From Lama glama (Eukaryota), in assembly GCA_028534125.1 (NCBI GenBank), contig CM052817.1:70744001-70808000 (forward strand): 64,000 bases of DNA, written 5' to 3'. Shown in pieces: positions 41,032-54,844 of this stretch. Position numbers and translations under genes: made by a program. Numbering within the stretch: position 1 is the first letter of the stretch; each line of letters starts with the position of its first letter. Under the pieces are notes generated by a model. That model saw only the letters and a list, made by a program, of their open reading frames with translations, searched no databases and had not been told where the DNA came from.

Positions 41032-41694
41032 GTCTATACACAGATGTCAAAATAAATGGCACAGAAAAAATATGTAAGAATTCATGCCAGAAAGATACTA
41101 GGATAGGATAAAGTGATCGTTCAAGTATGATGTCCAGGAAGCAAGAATTGTGCTGAAACCAGTAGGATGAATGTTATTTTTAAAACTGAAAGGATGAAGG
41201 AGAGAAGCAAATAAGAAAGCAAGACTGTGCAAAATCCTGGATATGAGAAATCAAATGTTGTGTTCAAGCAAACAAGGAGGAGAATCTGGTTTTCATTGGT
41301 GGTCTTAATTTAGAGGAACCATGGGGGAAAGTATTGGTGATTTCAACGGGGTTAATATGTGGACAAAGGAGAAAAACCTCAAAAAGTAGTTGAAATATTT
41401 ATACTTTATCCTGTACGCTAGTGGTCATCAAATATTTTTTAACATGTACCCCTTTCAAGTTGGAACCTGCATTCATAATATATTTATATTTACTTATAAA
41501 TTGTATATTAGTGAGCCATTAGATTATAATTCATATACAAAAATAGACTTAAAAATAATGTAAAAAGAACTAAAAATAATTTAAAATATCTTGCTAATCA
41601 TGATAGTTTCATACCATCATGACTTAATATCTCAAGGCACAAAAGCTCTGGGGATGAGCTGCAGCATAATGGTAGCAAATGAAAGTTCATATTT

Positions 41695-41727
41695 CACTTG
41701 ATCTTAGCCAAAAGGCTGAAAAGTGAT
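41695..41727 (-). pseudogene. 3'-truncated U2 snRNA retropseudogene (U2 nt 1-33)
   Basis: Minus strand reads ATCACTTTTCAGCCTTTTGGCTAAGATCAAGTG, 30/33 to the U2 5' end (ATCGCTTCTCGGCCTTTTGGCTAAGATCAAGTG). 14-bp TSD GAAAGTTCATATTT (41681-41694) / GGAAGTTCATATTT (41728-41741). Confidence 0.93.
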
Positions 41728-41844
41728 GGAAGTTCATATTTGTAACAATCTTTTCGCTTATTTTAGATTATTTGGCAATAAAATCTGATTAGACAATCAC
41801 ATTTAACCTTATATGACAAAGAGCTCTTAAGAGGAGATAGGTGG

Positions 41845-42207
41845 CTGTGCTGTTTTTAAAGACTTAGTATGAAAAAAAGAATGAGAACATCTCAGTAATG
41901 TTTTCTGAGGGGCGATGGGGAGTGGTAATTAGGTTCATTTATTTATTTGTCTATTTTTAATGGAGGTACTGGGGATTGAACCCAGGACCTTGTGCATGCT
42001 AATCATGTGCTCTACCATGGAGCTATACCACTCCCCTTCTCAGTAATGTTTTTGATGGTTGAAAAGAATATTTTGGATACACTAGGTTAAATAAAATATG
42101 CTATTAAAATTAATTCCATCTGTTTCTTTTTACCTTTTTAAGTGTAGCTATCAGGAAATTTTAAATTGCACAGGTGGTTAGCATTGTATTTTCAATGGAC
42201 AGTGCTG
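41845..42207 (-). mobile_element. MER33 (hAT-Charlie MITE), interrupted by the SINE
   Basis: Reverse complement matches recalled MER33 (CAGCGCTGTCCAATAGAAA...GTAAAAAGAAACAGGTGAAATTAATTTTAATA...CATACTAAGTCTT). Left end approximate. Confidence 0.8.
41905..42037 (-). mobile_element. Camelid tRNA-derived SINE (Vic-1-like)
   Basis: Minus strand GGGGAGTGGTATAGCTCCATGGTAGAGCACATG...GGTCCTGGGTTCAATCCCCAGTACCTCC has A/B boxes followed by an AATAAATAAA tail. Perfect 15-bp TSD TCTCAGTAATGTTTT (41890-41904, 42038-42052). Confidence 0.9.
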
Positions 42208-42313
42208 CTCTACTGCCTTACTGATACTAGGTGCCTGAATTGTGAAAGATGATTGAAAGCCAGATTATTCTGAATAAAATGTTAAATATATTAACATAAA
42301 AAATAAAAAAGTA

Positions 42314-42391
42314 TTTTTTTACATTTTTTATTGAGTTCACAATGTTGTGTCAAATTCCAGCATAGAGCACAATTTTTCAGTTATATATATA
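42314..42391 (-). mobile_element. Short L1 3' tip
   Basis: TTTTTTATTGAGTT...CACAATGTTGTGTCAAATTCCAGCATAGAGCACAATTTTTCAGTTATA resembles the reverse complement of the L1 end at 28.7 kb. Confidence 0.65.
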
Positions 42392-44644
42392 CTGCTGTAT
42401 TCACTGTCTGAATTAATCAGATTATCTTTGGTAGGCATATATTTTTGTTTTTTAATACCACATATTTTATGAGTATTTAGTGGGAATATACACAGAAAAA
42501 AAGATGAGGGGAGTCTATAATAAGAACAGTACAGGGAGATGAAAGATAGAGCCAACGAGGGCAGTAAAATCCTTCTTACAAATCATCATCCAGATATAAT
42601 CTGTATTTGGGAGATGAAGAGTGGGGTGCACATGGAAAGGCAAGACAGCACATACCAAGGCAAATCCATCACAGAAGCCAGCTTTCCTCACCTGCACCTT
42701 CACCAGGAGCTCAGCCAGAGTGTGTGAATAGTGGCCACACAAGGCCAGACACACTGCTGTGCCAGATGGGGAGCACATGACTCTGCCGGACAATGTCAGC
42801 ACACGTGCCAGTGACATCATTTAATGGAAGACAGAGAGACAGAGTGATGCCTCCAGCTCTCCCCTAGTACCAAGCCACCATGGGATCAGATAGGAAGGAG
42901 CACTATCTTTTGAAAGAGATAAAGATCACTAATTAAGTTCATCAGAACTAGATTTGGAGACTCATGGTGCTGAAAAGTGTCAGTGAGTTTTTAAGATTAA
43001 AAGAACTAGATCTAAAAAAAGAAAGAAGAAGTTGGGTTAAGAGATGGATAGTTCACAAATACATTGATAAACAGAGTCAGATAGAGGAACAACAGTTGGT
43101 GCTCATTCGAGCAGCAGTATGTCAGGAAGGAGAAGTCATTAGATTTTAAATAGTCTAGAGTCTCTCTCTCTATAGTTTTAGTTTCTTATTGCAATTTTGC
43201 TCCCAGATTCTGAAGAAAAATTTTCAAGGAGGCCACTTCCAACATTCTTGGAAGAACTAACTTCTTGTAACCTAATGCTGTTGGATCGGCTATGACTGGT
43301 AGGTATGAAATAAGGGTGTTATCTCAAATTTGCTATTACCCACTTTCATTCTTGACAATATGAAAAAGAATTTTAATTTAAATAAAATCTCAAAAAGTTT
43401 GGTAATTTGACTCAATAGCCATATTTTAAATAAATCGTATCACATTAATTTAATCCTAGAATCTGTTTTTTACAAGTAAAAGAGGAAATTTTGATTAGCT
43501 ATTAGGAAAACCTATGGAGCCAAAACAAAGATTTTGATATGTTGGAGTGCGGCTGGGGGGCGGTTATTCATTATCCTCTTAAAAAAAGGAATTAATGATA
43601 TACGGGGTTTTTTTTTTCATTTTTAGGCAATGTGAGAGTGGAAACAAAAACTTTAAAATCCTCTTCTAATAACATAATTCTTTAAACCTTCCAGGATCTG
43701 CCATTACTTTGTTGAAATATGCTCTGTTTTGATTTTTCCACTTGAAAATACTGAATAGTAGTATTTAGAGCTGTGAGGATTAATTCATGGTGAAATACCA
43801 TGCCACAAAAATAAGAGTATTAGTGTTACATGTTCATTTACATTTTTCCTAATGAAATACTAGATTTGTAGACCTGAATTTTTCCTCCTGAAAATGACTA
43901 TATTCTCCGTTGTTTAGAAAGACAAATTTTAATAAAGAGCCCACTTATAATATTAATTAGAACAGCATCTACCATTAGGCTAGAGCCATGGACCTATCAA
44001 CAGGTCTGTTCTACAATCTTACTTTCAAAGACATAATTCCTCTCTTTCTTGACATGATATTTAGAATAAAATATCCGTAAGTAAACTAATTTTACAACCT
44101 TAATTTGTGTGAATGTTGGAGAAATAATACATCTTGTAATTATATGACATTAAAGAAAGGTTTACTGCTGTGACCCAAGTAATGGAAGTTAAAATTTAAC
44201 TGAAACACTAGATCCTATTTTAATATTACTTTTTACTATCATCCAATACTAATTAGTATTTGCTATTATGACTTACAGGGTGTTTTTCATAACTCCACCT
44301 AATAAATGCTCGCCCATGAGGAAATGTTGAAGGAAAAAATATCCAAAGTACAAATTAAGAAAATAATTGGCAGAGATTCAATTAGTCACCAAGAAAAAGC
44401 CTAACTTGTTTAATGTTTATCAGGAAAGTCTCTTCTTATCGAAATGTTTATACAACTATCAATGTTTATTATAATATTAACCTGTATTAGCAAAATAATG
44501 TAAGATCTACATAGGCAGGAAAGTTTTTACCTTTTTAAAAAATTACTGCTATAGAAATCTGTGTGCAGAGTGATGGTTGGCACACAGTAGGTATGCAATA
44601 TATTTTTAAGTGAAAAAATGGGTAAACTGCTTAAATCTATTAAT

Positions 44645-46220
44645 CACCTTTTCCTTCAACAAACATTTATGAACATGTAGAGATACAATGTAGAACCTAG
44701 ACCTAAAGATGAACAAAGCATGGTCTTTAACCTCAAGAAACTCAGCCAATGGAAAGAAAATAAAAACATAGTAACAGTGAACTATGGCATGTGTGATGAT
44801 TTCAATTTTCACAGAATTCTATGTGCACACACTGAACACATAGAACACGTTGATCTTGGGAAGACTGTGGGGAGAGAGATGAGAGTCAGGAAATGTTTTT
44901 TGAAAGATATGAACATTAAATGATGAGTAACTGTCAGCCAAATAAAGGAAAGAATACTTCAGATAAAGGGAAACATGAAGATGAGAAAAAGAAAGAGATG
45001 CTCAGAGAGGACAAGTTCCACAAGGCTATGGATTAAATGAGAGGCAGAGAGCTGTAAAGGAAGGCAGAAGCAGGACTGTAGCACTTGTTTTTATTTTCTT
45101 ATGGGTAATGGCGAGCCTTTAAAAGTCGTAAGCGGAGATGATAGGTTTTTATACTAGATAATTACCGTGGCAACTATGTAAAAGATAGGTTAGACTGAAG
45201 GTGAAATGGTATTCCAGTCATCAAGTAGAGACTAAGGGCTTGAACTAAAACAGAAGCTTCTGCTAGCAAGAGAGCATCTAATTCCCACAATGCTTAGGAC
45301 AGCAATTCTCAATCTCTGGAGACTATTAGAACCATGCAGAGGCCTGTTTCAAACTACCTGTGGCACCTCCACTCCCTCTAAGGAATTCCCCCAAGGAGTG
45401 CACTCCCATTTCAAATGAGAATCACTGACACTGTGACCTATTATTAGTGACATCTACAAGCATGTCATAACTTTCAGGTGTTTGGGTGAGAAAAAGGTTG
45501 AGAACCACATATTTACAAGGTAAAAATCACCTGGACTAGGTAATTAAATAATTTCATGAAAGAGTGGACAATGGAAGCTAGAATCATTGTGTGAACTGGG
45601 TGGCTGTGATACAGCCATCAACTAAGACAAGCAAGATGGTGCAGAGAAGCAAGTTTAGAGTTTGAGGTGCTTGTACAACATTTGGGCAGAAAGGTCAGTA
45701 GAGGTTGGAAATAAAAGGATGAGAAGAATCTCAGCTGGAGACTTGAAGTCGTCAGGATATAGACGGCAGATACGATGCAAGTAAAGGAATCTTTTGTAGA
45801 CCAAGAAGAAATGGAGAGTCAAAATAGAACTTGTAGAGTCCTCCTTAAAGAGTAGGCAAAGAGGAGCTCAGCAAAACAGCTGAGAAGAAATTGTAATTAA
45901 ATAAATAAAACAGAAGAAGAAAAAGGGAGAAAAGAAGTAGAACCACCACCACCACCAAGAGAGTGCTCATGAAACCCCCAAGGAAGGAGAGTTTCAAAAA
46001 AGAGGTGGTGATCAAGAGTGAAACACAGCAGGAAATTTCAACTAGATGAGCATCCAAAGCCCCCTGCGTAGGGCCGTAAGCTAGTGTTGTGAGATTTTCC
46101 AGAAGAAATTCCTCCGTGAAGACATGGAGGTAGGAGATGGGTTATATGGGACTGAGGAATGAGTAGGAATTGAAGAAATGACTAAGGTACAGAGAGACTA
46201 CTCTTTGAAGAAGTTAAAAT
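44645..46220 (-). mobile_element. Long degenerate L2 with a hAT-type MITE inserted at about 45300-45510
   Basis: TTCAACAAACATTTATGAAC at the 3' end, purine-rich L2 body. Insert has TIR-like CAGCAATTCTCA...TGAGAATCACTG / GTTGAGAACCAC. Confidence 0.7.
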
Positions 46221-47220
46221 CCATTAATTCTTTCTTGCTGCACTGCTTAGTATTGTGTTCACTCACTAAAAAGAATCTGTGCTCATTTTTTTAATTAAAA
46301 AAGAAATGCATAATCCCATAAATTTGTGCCAATTGTGAAGCCAGAAAATACAAACCATTACATCCACATTTTCAGTGCAAAAATTTTAAAACCACTTAAG
46401 ACTCTACCCAGACTGGAAGCAAATATACCACGCTCAAACTAAATTCTTTTTGATTCTTGGCATAGCTGGCTATCAACTTTGAAAACAAGTGAGGACATTT
46501 TAAGTCAAATCAAGGACTGGTTTCTGCCAAACAATTGAAGCTTTTTTTACTTAATCTTTTTCTCTAAATTCCAATTTAAATCTGCATCACAGGTCTACTT
46601 ATTAGGTCATAAAAATGAGAGAAGAAAATAGACTAAAGTTATATAAAATATAAACTGGATTTTTTTAGCAACAAACTTGAGATATAGCTTAATAAAATGT
46701 ATTCAGAGGAAGTTACACTTAGTGGCTTTCTGATAGATCCATATATATGGCACCATAAACTTACTGATCACATTGACCATCTCTTATGCATCTTGGTATT
46801 CAATTGGTTATTCATTCAACAAATATTAGTAAGTATCTAGTATTGTGCCAGGCAGAAGCCCTGTTAAGGATATAGCTTATAGTTGGCAGAAATGGCACAC
46901 TATTAAAAATTCAATAATCTTAAAGTCTGACACATGTTAAAATTGAAGATGGAGCAAGAGTTCTTACTTTAATTTGGGGAATTGGGGAATTGGGACACAG
47001 TAGTCAGGAAATGCTTCCTGAGGAAGTGTACTTAAACTGGAATCTACAGACACATGCAAGTTAGCCAAGCAAAGAGGAGACAGTCTAGAAGCAAGAGAGA
47101 GCATGGAGCATTTCAGAAATGAAGGAAGTTTGATTTGGCTGAAGTCTAGTGTGAATGGAAACCTGGCACGGCACACAACTGCAGAGCCAGGTAGTTAGGG
47201 TCCAGATGAGGTAAGCCACG

Positions 47221-48130
47221 TGTGGTAGGCAGCCTCTTACAAGGCCACAAAGTTCCTCAGCTGTGTAGCTTTCAGCTCTTGAATATGAGCTGAATTACTG
47301 CTTCACTTTTAATGAATAGTGTACAGGCATAGCCCAAAGATACTGCAGGTTCGGTTCCAGACAGCCGTAATAAAGCAAATGTGCAATAAAGTAAGTCACA
47401 CAAATTTTTTGGTTTCTCAGTGTATATAAAAGTTATATTTACACGGTACTATAGGGCATTAAGTGTGCAATAGCATTATGTCTAAAAAACAATTGTACAT
47501 ACCTTAATTTAAAAATTCTTCATCGCTAAAAAAATGCTAACCATCATCTGAGCCTTCAGTGAGTCTTAATCTTTTTGCTGGTAGAGGGTTTGAAATATTG
47601 CAAGAATTACCAAAGTGTGAAAAAGAGACACAAAGTAAGTAAATGCTGTTGGAAAAATGCGCCAGTAGACTTGCTTGATGCAGGGTTGCCATGAACCTTC
47701 AATTTGTAAAAACCAAAGTATCTCGAAGCTCAATAGAATGAGATATGGCTATACAGCAAAAGCAATGGGCTGTTGCTTCCAAGACTAGGTTGTGGCTTCT
47801 GTTTTAGGTGCTGCCTCTCCCTCTGGGTCACTCAACCATCTCTCACTCTGAAGGAAAACCATGTGCCATGTCATGAAGCAGTCTTTTGGAGAGGCCCACG
47901 TGTCCTCTGAGGCTCACATGAGTGAGCTTGGAAGTAAATTCTCCAAGTCGTGTCTTAAAACAACTGCAGCCCTGGCTGGCACCTTGATTGCGACTCGTGA
48001 GAGACCATGAATCAGTATCACCCACACCTGGACACCTGGCCCAGAGAAACTGTGAGATAATAAATGTGTGTTCCTTCTAGCCAGTAAGCTTTGGGGTAAT
48101 TTGCTAACACAGTAATAGATAGCTACTATG
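47221..48130 (+). mobile_element. MLT1F-type MaLR solo LTR
   Basis: Starts TGTGGTAGGCAGCCTCT; ends AGAAACTGTGAGATAATAAATGTG...GTAATAGATAGCTACTATG; 5-bp TSD CCACG/CCATG. Confidence 0.9.
47324..47751 (-). mobile_element. Tigger1 internal-deletion MITE (Tigger1a_Art-like)
   Basis: Both Tigger1 termini joined (CAGGCATA...GGTTCGGTTCCAGAC and GCAGGGTTGCCATGAACCTTCAATTTGTAAAAA...GAGATATGGCTA), flanked by TA TSD. Confidence 0.9.
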
Positions 48131-51100
48131 CCATGTTAAAAAATTGGGTTGAGCATTAATCTAATGGAATGAGAATTTGTTAAAGAATTTTAAGCAGGAA
48201 AGAACATTAAACATGTCCCTTTTTGCAATTTTAGACATTCGGTAAAATTGTCACAATAAGCCTCAAAGAATAACCTAGAACCATCCATGAAAATAAACAT
48301 TTAAACAAATAACAGTTTCTGCTACAAAATTCTAGTTCTTAAGTTCAATATCCTGTATAAAACACTCACCTCACTACTCAAATTAATCAGTCAACAATCA
48401 ACCTATTTCTTAAAAACTGGAGAATCTCCCCCTTCCTCTTCAGATCCACTGGCTCACTGGCTTAATTTAGGCCTCTGTCATCTGCTACCTAGACCACTGG
48501 CAATATCCTCCTAACCATTTCCCCATCTAGAATCTGGTGCCCTTCCAATCCATTTCCAAACTACCAGCAAAAAAGGGTAGCCCAAAGGGGTTTTAAAAGG
48601 GAGGGTTAATCACAGGCTAATCACATTATACTTCATCAGATTATAGGAAATAATTTGATCTGCTCTGGAAGTCATACATATGCTTCAGTGACATGGCCCC
48701 TGTCTCTTCCGTATCAACTCCAAAATCACAACTTGTTACAATACTCCAAATTAAGTAGGCGCTCAAAAAAAAAATCTGCTTAGTATAATTTTTCATCAAA
48801 TTAAAAGAGCTGAACTCATTAATCAATAAGTACATTTGTCCTACGTGCATCTGAAAGAAAAAGTCACATGCTGAAGCACTTTTGATTGTTATCACTGCTT
48901 TCAAATATATGCTCCAATTTAGAGAAATTAAAATACTGTGAGGGGAAAAAAAAAGCTCTTTCATTCTTTTTGATCAGTGAAGCCAAACACGTTTGGGAAA
49001 AAATTTCAGACTCACATCTCATCAGAAAGCTGTTCCATTTACCAGCTTGACACTTCTGTGTAGCACTTCACAACACAGGATAAGCCCATGGCCCACTTGG
49101 GGAGACACTATTTTGTAAGTATTCAGAAAGGAGGCAAGATTAGTACCTCAGAAGTCATTAGCATTTCCAAAAGCATTATATGAATTGTTCCTGTGTGAGA
49201 CATTTAACTATAAAAAGGAAACTGGTAATTAATTCACAGTCATTTTAACTGCATGATTGTTTCAAGTAATATTGATGTCATAAAATCCTTTAGCCAAGTA
49301 ACAAACTGTTAAGTGAATATCGAAAATTCCAATAATCAAGAAAGCAAAGGTCTCTTTCTCCTCTAAAATCCAACAACCCTATCTATACAATAAAAATTAA
49401 CAGAAGCGTTCAACTAAAATCTTAGCTTTTATTTACCTAAATGATGTAGCCATGAAGTTTAATGAAAAAATACACGCATTTATTCTTAAAGCTGCCTTTC
49501 ACTGAGCAAAACTCTAATCCTTTACTTCATTCCTTCTATAACATTTGACAAGATCAAATATTAAAATTCAGAGGTACCATCATGGTAGAAAGTGAAAAAT
49601 ACATTTTTTAAAATCATTTTGATTTTTCTCCAAATATGAATTAACCCTACATCCTACAGTAATACTAATTAGTCTGTAAGGTAATTCTGCAAATTGACAC
49701 TCTTTTTTTTTTAAGTATGTAAGTCAAGACCAATGTCAAAAAATCTTTTGTAACTTATTAAGTAAATAATCAAATAAATTCTTCATTAACATTCTGAAAT
49801 ATTAACATCAAAAGGAAATGTTCATCCTGCTGTAAATCCAGTTTAGAATGACTGTTCAAAAATCTTTTGCGTTTTTTTCTAATCAGGATTAGAATAACCA
49901 TGATGCAGTTAAGACAACCGTAAACATACATTTTTCTAACATTTTGAGAAACTGTCATTAAGTAATAACACCCCTATAAATACCATGTAACAAGAAAAAT
50001 TCATTTATGTCTTATTTGCAATTTACACTTCACTTAGATGGTTCAGAATCATAAAAGCATCCATGGAGAGAGATTTAAAAATCATTATATGACAATATTT
50101 GTTTAATAGAAAGTGATGGCTTAAATGCTACAATATGTTTCTTGAATATCTTCACATTAAATAGTAATTGAACAAAAAGCCCCCTGGTTCTGCTCAAGGG
50201 CAAGTCCCACAAAGCTCCTCATTATTGGAATTTCCAACTTGGAAGCCAAACTAAATAACAAGGAGTAATTTGCCAATTAGAACTTCCTGCTCTTTTCTCT
50301 TTATTCCTTAAACATCATTCAGGGGCTGAAGCGGTCAAACACTTTTAGCTTCAAAACAGCAACTGAAAGGATTTAATTTGTGTCTCTCCAAGGTGAAGCT
50401 GTCAAGAGGCAGCCGTGATGCAGTCCATGTCCCCCTCCAGCAATTTCCCTTCAAGACAGAGAAGTTGGTTTCCATTCTTGCAGAATATGGAGTTTCCTTT
50501 TCTCATTTCCCATTATTTCATTTCAATTAATGACCTCCAAATTTTATACTTGCGTAACTACTGGGCTGAAGAAGGTTGAACCAATGTGTCCCTGGAATCT
50601 GCTAATGTCTTCAGACCAAACCTGTGTGTATACCGGAAATAAAGAACTTCAGAGGGGCCTAACACAGACTGGAATGAGGACCAGGAAAACTGTGTTAAGC
50701 CTCAAACTGTGTGGCCCTAGACAGGATCACAGTACTCTGTTATTAGCGTAAGCCATGGCAAGACAGAGGGTAGAATAACCTGCACTTAGAGATCCTTGGC
50801 AATATTTGCATTTCTTACCTGCATTTTCCTAATTGTAATCCGAGTCTACATTTTAGCTTATTATTCAATTTTAAATGTCCAATGATGAACAGAATTTAGA
50901 TGCAGACTTCTAAATTGCAAACATATTCACAGATTAACACTAAATCAGTGAAATCCGGTACTCTTTTCCAACCTAAGGAGACCTGACATGAGGCTCTGGG
51001 CTTCCCCATTGAAGACCCACTAACACTAGAAAAAGAGTCTTCACCTTGCTCACTGTGAGCCTGTACAAGACCCCAAGGGAATTGCTCACTCCTCTGAGTC

Positions 51101-51379
51101 CTGCACCAGGAAAACTGGTTAAGGAGAAACTGCTTTCAAATGTTTGTTTGCAGACAGTACTTGTAATTAGGGTTTTTCCCCTCTTTAATCCATCCTGTAT
51201 TCTGTACTGATAATTCATTGAAAAATGGAGTAGAGTATTACTATTTGTGTATTTTAAAAAATCAGTCTTACAATGAGAATGTGTTACCTCTATCAATGGA
51301 TTGCTTGAAAGGTTATCCAGGTTGTAAGAAGTTATTTTTATCATAGTAGATAGCAGGTCAAGAACTCTGAGCTAAGAGG

Positions 51380-51852
51380 TGACAAAGATTCTTCTCATAA
51401 CCAAACTTAAGGCAAGCTCTTCTGACTTCTTTTTCCAGTAGGCCTCAACTTTGGGGTTCCATGTTCTTCTCTGCATTGTCCCATTTTAGCAAGAATCATG
51501 CTAAGTTGGCTTAGCCAGAATCCCCCATCCCTGATATCTGATCACCTTCAATATCTGATCTGCCAGGCTATGTGGGATCACTCAGCCCTGCCTTTAACAA
51601 GAATCTTGTTTGTTCACTTGAGCCAGAACTCCTCTTAAGCCTGAGGTTTCTTATTAATTTCTACCTGGTGGCTTCCACCCTGCACCTTGGCTATAAGTCC
51701 CCACTTTTCCTTGTTGTGCGTGGAGCTGACTCCAATCTCTCTCCCACTGCAAAACTCCATTGCAGTGGTCCTTATACATATCTCAATAGTCTCCTGAATA
51801 AAGTCTGTCTTACAGTTTTTAACAGTGTCATGAATATTTTTTTTCTTTAACA
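51380..51852 (+). mobile_element. MER31-type ERV1 solo LTR
   Basis: TGACAAAGATTC...ACCAAACTT...TTTTAGCAAGAATC...AATAAAGTCTG...TTCTTTAACA; perfect 4-bp TSD GAGG. Confidence 0.9.
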
Positions 51853-51942
51853 GAGGTCAGAAGATACGAATCCTTTTTAAACTGGTTGTTAGGACAAGCT
51901 TCCTCACTTCCTAGGCAGTTTTAAAACCGTATGGGGGTGTAA

Positions 51943-52311
<369 letters not shown>

Positions 52312-52699
52312 AAATACAAAAAAAAAAATTGAACTTCATACCAGTTTTTACTATTACTGTTCTACTACGGAAATGTTTCAGTTCAAATAAACTAGATCAA
52401 CAGAAATTTATAATAACAGAATTTAAAACTTTAGCAAATCTTAATGATCATTTAGTTCTTAACCCAAACCACATAATTTTCCAGATAAAAAATTGAAGTT
52501 ACAGAAATGATTTAATAACAATATTTTAAAATTCTAAGAGGTTGATTTTACTTATACATTTTTTGTAATTAATCCTAAGTATTACTTAACATGCAAAAAG
52601 AGTAGCTTATTGTTACCTTTATAAAAGAACTTCAAAATTAATTTATTTGAAACAAATTTCTATTCTACAATCTTGCCAGATGCCCAAATTAGAAAATAT

Positions 52700-53402
52700 G
52701 AAACTCTCTTGGATAACTATTTATCTGTCACCACTCATAAAATGTCTCCTGAGTCTGTCACTTGGTCTCTACTCACACTGCCCCTGCTCTTCCAGGAGCT
52801 CACCAGCTATATCCCTGCCACCATCTTGCCTGGTTCCAATGCATCTTCCATACTGTTGCAATAATTATTTCTCATCTACAGTTTTGATCTTGTCATTCCC
52901 TTACTTTCCAAGCTTTGGTGGCCCCTTATCACCCCCCTGCAGCATGGTATTCAAGGACATTCTACACTCTTGCTTTGACCTTTGACCAGTTTCCTCTGCT
53001 GCCCCTCCTCCACCCACATTTGGGGGTGAAGCTGCACCAGCCTTCACCACTCCACAGATACTCATGCCCCCATGTCTTGGCTTATGCTTCTCACTCTTTT
53101 GGAATCTTCTTCCCACCCACTTCTCTCCTCCCCCTTCTCTATCTTGCATATTTTCATACATCTTCACTTCACCTCCTCTTTGAAGTCTTTCTTCAAAAAC
53201 ACACAAAATAAATCAATTGATTACTCCCCCACAACAGTTTATTATAACAGCACATTTATTTGTATTATCATATCTGCCCCTCTGAAATAGCTTCAACCTC
53301 AACTTCCACATACACTCCAAAAGCATCAGCTCCCTATTTATTTTTGTAGCCTTCCTTTCCAGCACAGTGCTTGTATACAGAAAGTATTCTATAAATGTAG
53401 AA
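52700..53402 (+). mobile_element. Degenerate L2
   Basis: Pyrimidine-rich body ending CCAGCACAGTGCTTGTATACAGAAAGTATTCTATAAATGT. Confidence 0.7.
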
Positions 53403-54844
53403 TCACTTTGGCAATAAATTCATTAATTGTCAATAGACAGTGACCACGTGTCATTTCAGAAATTATTTCCTACTGGGACATTTGCCATCATTATACAGAA
53501 GTTAAAAAATACTGAATAACTTAATATATATTAAATTTCAGCAATTAAATATTGAAATATATGGAAAACTACACTACTCTTAAATGTTCATCAATTGATA
53601 TTAATTGAGCCAACTGAAGTGTATGACGGTGCTGTGCACTGAGGTGATTTTAAATATCATTAATAAAATATAATCTCTTCCCAGGGGAGCTTACAATCTA
53701 AAAATTATGACATTGGCAACATACACAGTTCTGATTGTAAGCCATAAGCCATATGTTATGTCACTGAGGTTGGGAGTTGTTAAGTACAAATGAGTCTAGA
53801 AAACACAGAAAATCAGACATCTATATGGATGTTGAATTGAGATCATTGTGAAATATCTGGCTCAGTGCTACCTATATTTTATTTTATTTGCAGCTTCTTT
53901 CTTAAATAATTAGGATTTTAATGGATGTAATGTATACATTTATGAAAAATGATGTGAAGCATATAATAGCCCACTGTTCTACAGGATTAGATGGATGATA
54001 ATGCAGATACATATAAATGATCAAGAGGCTATTTCTGGTTTTCACACTTAATGAAAGGTTTTGGATTGATTGTTTGCTGGAAATAATTTTATATGAACAT
54101 CTAATGAACATGTAATGTAAACACACACACTCAGTCTCTAATTTATCTAAGCTACTTCAAAAAAATTGGTTACTATTACCTTGAAATAAGGAAAGTACAG
54201 CCACACAGAGGCCACTGCAATACTATGAATGATCACATTCTGATCTATTTTTCTGTGACTTTTCTAAAAGCCGTCAAGCCCCATTGCGATTCTTAAAATG
54301 AGAATCTATTAGGCTTCTTAAGTTTCTAAGGTCTTTGGCAGTTCTCTCCTGTCTAGTTAATCAAGTAATACCTCCTAAGGGTACTTATGAGATGAGCAAA
54401 AACTGTGGTCATAATTTCTAGACTGTCAAGAACATGGAAATTTATACTTTGAACAAACCCCAGGGATGTTACATAGCAAGAAGTTCTATTTCAGTCTGGG
54501 AGTTAAAAAAAAAGAAGAAGAAGAAATACAGAGATGTGGTGAAAAGTTTCTTGCAGCTATCTAATTTATTTTAACAGCATGTTTCAAAAATAATTATCAT
54601 TAATAGAATCAACAGTTATGAAAGATAGGAAAATTGCCTCTAAAGTGAAAGTGTATGAAACAACTATTTTATAAGAATTAAACTTGATACTGGGACCTTC
54701 ATGTCTAGTGACAAATTTCCACACTGGAATATATTATATACACATTTATATTCTTCCCATTCTGCTGTCTGAATGATTAATTTTAGATCTCAAGATGATC
54801 TATACACCAAAATGTCACTGAGTTTCTTGAGAAACTCTTCACTC

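Larger units (their letters stand above)
46808..48235 (-). mobile_element. L2 interrupted by MLT1F
   Basis: TTCATTCAACAAATATTAGTAAGTATCTAGTATTGTGCCAGGCA...GTCAGGAAATGCTTCCTGAGGAAGTG; resumes after 48130 with CCATGTTAAAAAATTGG...TTTTAAGCAGGAAAG. Confidence 0.8.

Noticed and set aside
41960..42036. tRNA gene
   Set aside because: The tRNA-like part is the head of a SINE with tail and TSD
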